The position numbers and the translations under genes were made by a program. A stretch of 64,000 nt of DNA. Source: Paraspadella gotoi (lineage: Eukaryota > Animalia > Chaetognatha). Every line of letters starts with the position of its first letter. Within the stretch, counting starts at the first letter, position 1. Below are positions 57,877-64,000 of this stretch, in pieces. The stretch spans positions 9,439,308 through 9,503,307 of the forward strand of contig CM119271.1 in NCBI GenBank assembly GCA_051294375.1, read 5' to 3'. A model generated the notes under the pieces. It was not told where the DNA came from and made no database searches. It saw only the letters and a list, made by a program, of their open reading frames with translations.

Positions 57877-60800
57877 CAGTGTAGCAAATGCCTGCCTCCG
57901 CGCACGCCTCCTTAACTCGCCATGGTCCTCCCTGCCCGAGCAACACTGGGCCCCACCGCATGGCTCTTGAAACCAGATCCGTTACCGTTTTCCAAATTGC
58001 TCCAAAGCTTGATTTCGGTGCAACTGCACTTTCCCTCTCCCTGATCGTTCCATAGGTATCCATCCACACGGCGTCTAGATCCACCAACCCTCGAATGGTC
58101 CGACACGCGTAAGTCTTTCCAGCTCCGTTACCCATGTATACGTATATCAACTCTCTGGGATAGAAGTCTCTTTTATGTCCGTGATATCCCAGATATGGAA
58201 TAGTGGACCAGGTCTTGGCTGCCCGCAGGTTCATTTGTAGAAGCCATCCATTCCCGCTCAGCGGCAAAAACTGATTACCGAGGTTTTCGAACTTAGCCCA
58301 GGACTCAAGCGGTATCTTCCCAGCCAAGTTCTCAACTCCTCCAAGTTTCCGCGCTAGGAATAGGGGCACGCCCATCTTCCCGCACAGTGACTCCTCTGTC
58401 ATCATCATTTCCTTTTTTGGAAATCCATATCTCACTTCAGCCAGATCAATCTCATCTATCGGGGGATAGCTCCAGTCCCTTTCTCTCTCAAGCAGTGACA
58501 ACCCATCATTTTCTCTTGATGGCCAGTATTGCCAACACCACTGCTTGGCAGTCTTTTGTTGCCACACGCGCAGGCATGCTCCTATTGTCTGGTTTTGTAC
58601 ACTTTCAACAAACTCTGCCTTGATCCTTCCTGGCAAGTATGACAGCAGGCTCTGGTGTCTTTTGACATATGCCTTGCTAGCATGGTTTTCCCACTCCTTT
58701 CCTGGTTTAGCGAGCGCTTCAAACTTTGGCATTCCCAGCACTTCTTCCCCATCATATCTAAAAAGCGGTGGTACCTCAGTGCTGAACCGGAACTTCCACC
58801 ACTCGAGTGGCTTGTCTGGTTTCTTTCCCTCTGGGTCTCGGACGACCATCAGTTTCTCGAGTGTGTGGGCAGCCATTCTTCGCGCATACTGCTTCTGCAA
58901 GCCCCGGCAGTGCAATTCCCAGTAGTTAGAAGCAATGCTGGGCAGAGAGGTCTGTATCCAAGTGCCCAGTTGCGTATACCAGTTCCCCGTCGCCAAGGTC
59001 GCCAGTAGAGAGCACAGAGGTTTTTCCGTGCGTGTTTTCTCTACCGCCGTGAGTTGCAGGAATTCATGGTTAGACCTCCCCGCCATCTGCTTAGTCGGAT
59101 TCAGCTGATGGTTCACCCCGCATAGGATCCCAAAATATACTGCCGCAGCTGCCACGTCCACAAATGCCACGTCCTCATCATCTCCGCAGAGCGCCTCAAA
59201 TCGAGTGTCACCAGGTGAGAGATATGGCTCGCAGTTCCTAATGTTAATGTCCATGTCCACCTTGTGCTTTCCGGTGTTATCCCGTGCGGTCGTTCTCGTT
59301 CCACTGTAGAGTCCTTGCACCATTCTGATGTAATATTTCCCGTCTTCGCCCAACTTCATCCCTGCCACGTCCGCATATTTCTTCTGCGGTCCGAAAATGA
59401 TATATGACTGAGCGTGGCTGATCACAGTCCAACAAAATGCAGCCGCCTTGGTCCGATTTTCCCAGCCAGATCCCTTCTCTAGGTGTAACCGCGCTGTCGC
59501 CATGCTCAAGGCACCCATCTCATAATTCGAGTGCTCTGAGTTATAATCACTATAGTCGGAAGACAACCAATAGGTCCCTTCTGATGCTGGTCCGGCAAGT
59601 CCCCCAGCCGATTCTGCCATCCAGGTTATCACATCCGCCGGGGTTTGTCTCACCATCACTCCCGGAGCCGCTCCCATATACATCTCCACCGCCTGATTTG
59701 AGTATTGTGCAATGAACGATTCCTCATCATAGGTCGCGTACAGTGCTCGCAGCTTGTGACCTGGTTCAGGTTTTACGAAGTAGTATGCTCGGTTAATTGG
59801 TTCCATCATCATCATACGCCGCAACGATTCGTCGTCCAAGTATTCTACTAAAGCTTTCTTGCCTGGCCGATCTGCCTCTGCCAACCTTGGCTCCTCAATC
59901 TTAACGTTCTTGATGCCCTTGCTCGCTCCTGACGCCCCACGCACTGCCCTCTCGCTCCAAAAATCCCGGTCATCCTTCCGGAGTATTTCTGGATTATAAG
60001 CACAGAAAATTTTCCTGAAATTCTCCTCTGCAGATTTTTCAAAGAGCTCTTCATAAACCGTGTATGCACTCTTACCTCCCGCAAACACGTCGTGACCGTA
60101 ATGTTGCTTCCGCATCACCTGGCAAGACCGGACGAACACTTCATATGGTAGATTTGCCTCGCCCTTGCACCGTATTGTGACATTCGTGAGTTTTCGAAGT
60201 TGCAGTAGTGATTCTCCTATCACATCCCCAAAACTTAGCGTGCGTCGAACTTGAGTCAATGGCGTCTTTATTCTGAGATACCATTCCGCCAGTGGCACCT
60301 CGAACCATCCATGACACAAAATTTCCATCCAGATCTGCACGTCCAGACTCACCATCGCTACTACCGTGCCGATGATTTCACTTTCGTCAGACTCCGGACT
60401 CAAGTTGTGCAGATATTCAGCGATTGGTTCAGCACCTGGCATTGCCGCAGTCAATGTGCCAATTGTGAAGGTCACCGGCATCCCTCCAACGGGCTTACGC
60501 CGCGGCATGTCCGACTCCCGCTCGCTCTTCCTTGGATAGAGTTTTTCAAGGCATCTGGCCATGAAACGTTGTTTGGCATCTCCCGAAATGTCCGCTCCTT
60601 CCTTCACCTCCAAAAGCTTCCTCCGTCGAGCCTCGATCATTGCAGTCTCGTCTCCGCTTTGCGACATCCTGCCGCTTCGCGCACCCAGCATTCGGTAGTC
60701 TTCCGGGCTAGTCACCGCGGGATGAACAGTCGCTAGATACGCGGCTCTGTTGCGAGGAGTCAGGGTAGACAGCCAAGCACGCAGTGGGGCCAGTCCGCTG

Positions 60801-61099
60801 TAGTAGTCCGAGCAATCAACGCTCTTGCACTTGGCCTTGTTGATCTCGCCCTTCCGGGAGGCCCACCAGCCACCGAACTGCTCCAACAGGGTGTTTGGGC
60901 ATGCCCCTGCCAGCAAGATGTGGTTTACCTGGACCTGCCGGCAGAGTTTCCTCCCGGGAATTGAGCGCCAACCTCCCCAGTCTCGCACCCCTAGACAACC
61001 GCATCGCGTGATTAGTGGTGGTTCGTCCACATCGATGGGTGCAATTCCGATGCTGCTGTTGAAGATCTTAGCACCCCGCTGACTTAGCAGTGGAGACAT
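57857..61099 (-). CDS. Viral RNA-dependent RNA polymerase (toti-like) with C-terminal P-loop domain, 1080 aa
   Basis: Motif F KPEPGHKLRALY, A SDYSDYNSEHS, B GLYSGTRTTARDNT, C GDD (59177-59185), NPTKQ, E HEFLQ; Walker A GNGAGKT (58112-58132). Confidence 0.93.
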   Translation of the reverse strand: MSPLLSQRGAKIFNSSIGIAPIDVDEPPLITRCGCLGVRDWGGWRSIPGRKLCRQVQVNHILLAGACPNTLLEQFGGWWASRKGEINKAKCKSVDCSDYYSGLAPLRAWLSTLTPRNRAAYLATVHPAVTSPEDYRMLGARSGRMSQSGDETAMIEARRRKLLEVKEGADISGDAKQRFMARCLEKLYPRKSERESDMPRRKPVGGMPVTFTIGTLTAAMPGAEPIAEYLHNLSPESDESEIIGTVVAMVSLDVQIWMEILCHGWFEVPLAEWYLRIKTPLTQVRRTLSFGDVIGESLLQLRKLTNVTIRCKGEANLPYEVFVRSCQVMRKQHYGHDVFAGGKSAYTVYEELFEKSAEENFRKIFCAYNPEILRKDDRDFWSERAVRGASGASKGIKNVKIEEPRLAEADRPGKKALVEYLDDESLRRMMMMEPINRAYYFVKPEPGHKLRALYATYDEESFIAQYSNQAVEMYMGAAPGVMVRQTPADVITWMAESAGGLAGPASEGTYWLSSDYSDYNSEHSNYEMGALSMATARLHLEKGSGWENRTKAAAFCWTVISHAQSYIIFGPQKKYADVAGMKLGEDGKYYIRMVQGLYSGTRTTARDNTGKHKVDMDINIRNCEPYLSPGDTRFEALCGDDEDVAFVDVAAAAVYFGILCGVNHQLNPTKQMAGRSNHEFLQLTAVEKTRTEKPLCSLLATLATGNWYTQLGTWIQTSLPSIASNYWELHCRGLQKQYARRMAAHTLEKLMVVRDPEGKKPDKPLEWWKFRFSTEVPPLFRYDGEEVLGMPKFEALAKPGKEWENHASKAYVKRHQSLLSYLPGRIKAEFVESVQNQTIGACLRVWQQKTAKQWCWQYWPSRENDGLSLLERERDWSYPPIDEIDLAEVRYGFPKKEMMMTEESLCGKMGVPLFLARKLGGVENLAGKIPLESWAKFENLGNQFLPLSGNGWLLQMNLRAAKTWSTIPYLGYHGHKRDFYPRELIYVYMGNGAGKTYACRTIRGLVDLDAVWMDTYGTIRERESAVAPKSSFGAIWKTVTDLVSRAMRWGPVLLGQGGPWRVKEACAEAGICYTVQLRSR

Positions 61100-61111
61100 G
61101 TACTCACTCTT

Positions 61112-62140
61112 TTAGGTACATAGTTCCAAACCCATCTGCATTCCTGCCACTCCCCGGGCCCAGCCGCCACCACGTTCTTCAATTTGAGGCATGATGGGCT
61201 CTCCAAAATCATTTTTCTGGCGTTCCCACACATCTCGCATGATGACCAACTGCCTTTCGTTGTACCTGGGTCGCTGCCACCGGTACACGTCCAATGCCGA
61301 CTCAGCTTCAGCAATCAACCGTTCGCAGCCAGCTGCAAAAGCTTCCTCAGAAACCGACCTGCCGTTTTCCTGCATCTCTGTCCCGATCAGAGACTTTCTA
61401 TCAGGTGCCAGGGGAAGAATCGCTGCATCAAGCACCCGCATTAGCTGCTGTTCCTGGGGCCAAGACATCTCCCCTGCCCGAAGCAGCATCTTAACGTAAG
61501 CTATCACGCCCGTGTCGCAATCAACCTCCGTCCACAATCTCTTTTGGTTCCCAACACAGGCACAAATGGCTTTCTTGACCAATTCCCATTCTTCCGCGCC
61601 GATCTCCAGAGGACGTGTCCGCCGTGGCCGGAGATCATCCGCTAGTGCCAACCTCTCCGGAGCAAAACTGATTATCTCCATCCCATCCCGCACATCAACA
61701 ACTTCAGCATAACCCGGCGGACACCAGAACTCTTCTTCTTCAGCAGTGTCACTCAACACCAAAGAACCTGCTCCCTGCATTGTTGCATGAGGTTCCAAAG
61801 GTGCTATCCTATCCCGCACGGTAAACAGAGTTTGTGTGGTCGCCATGGCATTCCATCGTGAGATGAACGTCTGTCCACGACGAGTAGCCCTCTCAAGCTC
61901 CTCAAGCAGAAAATCTTCTTGCGCCTCATGCAACTCCCGCAGTTTCTGGAGTTGCCTGAGGCGGTGCACATCGTCCTCTCCCGGCGCGTCCCGAGCCAAT
62001 TCGTTGGCAATGGCCGCGTGCAATTCCCCCAGTTGGCGAGAGCAGGTATCTAACGCCTCCTCATAGGCGACTCGACTCCGCTCCGCACTTGCCGCAATCG
62101 ATTGAAAAGCTGCCACAATATCACGTGACGCAGCTCCCAT
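61112..62140 (-). CDS. Viral ORF1, 342 aa, unknown function, coiled-coil-like N-terminus
   Basis: Uninterrupted ORF with the same composition as the RdRp ORF, in the same frame, 12 nt before the RdRp ATG. Confidence 0.75.
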   Translation of the reverse strand: MGAASRDIVAAFQSIAASAERSRVAYEEALDTCSRQLGELHAAIANELARDAPGEDDVHRLRQLQKLRELHEAQEDFLLEELERATRRGQTFISRWNAMATTQTLFTVRDRIAPLEPHATMQGAGSLVLSDTAEEEEFWCPPGYAEVVDVRDGMEIISFAPERLALADDLRPRRTRPLEIGAEEWELVKKAICACVGNQKRLWTEVDCDTGVIAYVKMLLRAGEMSWPQEQQLMRVLDAAILPLAPDRKSLIGTEMQENGRSVSEEAFAAGCERLIAEAESALDVYRWQRPRYNERQLVIMRDVWERQKNDFGEPIMPQIEERGGGWARGVAGMQMGLELCT

Positions 62141-62240
62141 GACACTCTCTCAATTGCAACCTCGCTCAATAGACTTCCAATATGGAATAGACGCCTTCAC
62201 ATGGTTTTCACTGAAAAACACTTTCGTGCAAAAGCGTCTA

Positions 62241-62874
62241 TTTAGGGTCTGCAGCGTTTGTGATTGTGATTATATCTGTTTGTGGTTTTGAGTTTTTAAA
62301 GCATGATTTATCTTGATTGAAAACTGGTAAGTTTTTTTTTGTTTTTTTTTTTTTTTTCTGAAAAGAAAACAGAGCAAACAAATAATTGCGGGAATGGTTG
62401 CAAAAATATCTTATGTCAACAATAAACGAGAACAAATAAGGGGAAGATAAAAATGAAAAAGAAGAAGAGATCGGGAGACAAAGTCAAGCAACTCCGTCCA
62501 CATGAGACGGCAACTCAATCACGGGACTTCGGGAAGCGAGCAGGTCCCCGTTCTCGCGCTGAAGGCAGACAGAAAGTCTCTCAAAAAAGTGAGTAAGTTG
62601 GGAATGAAAAAGAAATTAAAGTAATTTTAGTCTTTTTCAATTTTTGTCAGTTGAATGTTTGAATTAATGAATGCTTATTTAATAGTTAATCCGTCAGAAA
62701 CGTCTGAAACGGCCTCCAAAATATATCCCGCTTGTTGCTTTGGCTTAATACGACGAGAATAATAAACTCAAGTTGGGAAAGAAAATAGAACTACAATGAG
62801 CTGTTTACTCTATACAGTTACTCTTTATTTATGAATTTCATTTTTTTTCTTCGTCTCGACGTAGATGGCCTGCC
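62241..62874 (+). repeat. Right copy of the flanking duplication (634 bp)
   Basis: Matches 56630-56995 with an extra 266-bp segment between two GTAAGTT motifs. Confidence 0.95.
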
Positions 62875-64000
62875 ATTACATTCAGATAAACGTTAACAGC
62901 CAGAATTAACCCAAAACCGCAAACGAGTGTCGCCCGAATTCGCCTCCTCCCTTTCGAAAATTAAATAATCATGATCGTCACAAATTTGAATTTCCTCGCA
63001 AAAACTTTAAATATTTCTCAGAACGACGACGACGACGACGACGAACCTAAAATTACCCAGAAACGGAGAAATCAAAAAGGCAAAAAAGAAAGAAAGATTT
63101 TCATGAAAGAATTCGCGATTGACTTGAGATCGACACCCACAGAAATAAAATTGGAAACCACTTTTCTTATGCATGCGTCAAGACGAAAGAAACTTCAGCT
63201 TTCTTTTTTTTTTATTTTCTTTTTTTTTTTAAGCCGGTGACATTTTGGGTTTTGTGTCTCGGGATTTTTCTGAAAAGAGAATCGGTAGTTGTCTTGAATC
63301 TTCGGAAACAACCTCAGGTTGTTTGAAATGTTGGACATATATTGTTGTATATATTTTAGGATGTTCGGTACAAGCCAGTGCAACGACTGATTTTTTGAAA
63401 GCTAAACGCGACGCGACATCCCAGAGTTTCATAAGAAACGACAGAATTTAAATTAATAAATCAAGAGATCAACTTCAAGTAGTATTAAACTTTCTTTTTC
63501 AACCACAGGTACATCATTAACGGATCCAAAGTTAAAATTCTGTCGAAATTTATCTCATTCTTCTTCTATGTACTGCTTTGAAATTCCAAAATTGCCTAAA
63601 TATGTCGTAAGACATAAATGGTTTTTTAGGCATACTTCTCACTTTGATCATACAAACACCTTGACCCCAAATTAAATTGGCCGCCATTCAATTTCTTAAC
63701 ACCGACGCAGCCAACTTTTTTTTATTAAAAAAAAAATTAAATCTGTTAATTGAAATCGTGAATTTTATTCTCTCACTCGCCCCAGTTCGTGAAATATTTC
63801 TGCTGTGAATGTTTCTCAACCAGGATTTCTCCTTTTTTTTTATTTCACGAAAACCCCAAACGAAAAACTTTCACTAAAACCGTTTCGTGACGAATGAGAA
63901 AGAATCTAGTGATACATAATTAAAGAGCATATCCGTTAACGTCAGCCATTTTTTTTTCGCCGACATTTGAGATTTACGAATTGATTTAAAACATCACGCA

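Larger units (their letters stand above)
57350..62242 (-). mobile_element. Endogenous viral element from a dsRNA virus (Ghabrivirales/toti-like), ~4.9 kb; left boundary approximate
   Basis: Intronless, GC-richer than its flanks, no microsatellites; RdRp motifs; structured UTRs. Confidence 0.9.

Noticed and set aside
61127-61133. Possible -1 slippery site G GGT TTG near the end of ORF1
   Set aside because: The -1 frame hits TGA before the RdRp ATG, and the RdRp is in the same frame as ORF1

Overview
AT-rich, microsatellite-dense animal (probably invertebrate) genomic DNA with two assembly gaps. It holds two intron-containing minus-strand genes: a White/ABCG half-transporter (17 phase-consistent exons, 15078-29208) and a BTB-BACK-Kelch-like gene (43124-50717). 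A Penelope-like retroelement (RT + GIY-YIG) with three hammerhead-bearing pseudo-LTRs sits inside a TTAA-flanked DNA element, and there are tRNA-derived SINEs, DINE-1/Helentron-like elements and several minisatellites. The standout feature is an apparently near-complete, intronless dsRNA-virus (Ghabrivirales/toti-like) sequence at about 57350-62242. It has a folded 5' UTR, a 342-aa ORF and, after one in-frame stop, an RdRp with a C-terminal P-loop domain, but no obvious capsid ORF. It is joined antisense to a 99-bp TG...CA LTR-like unit with a tRNA-Ser PBS, and the whole insert is bracketed by a near-identical duplication of flanking DNA. This looks like a recent retrotransposon-mediated viral endogenisation. 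All calls are by eye; no database searches were run.
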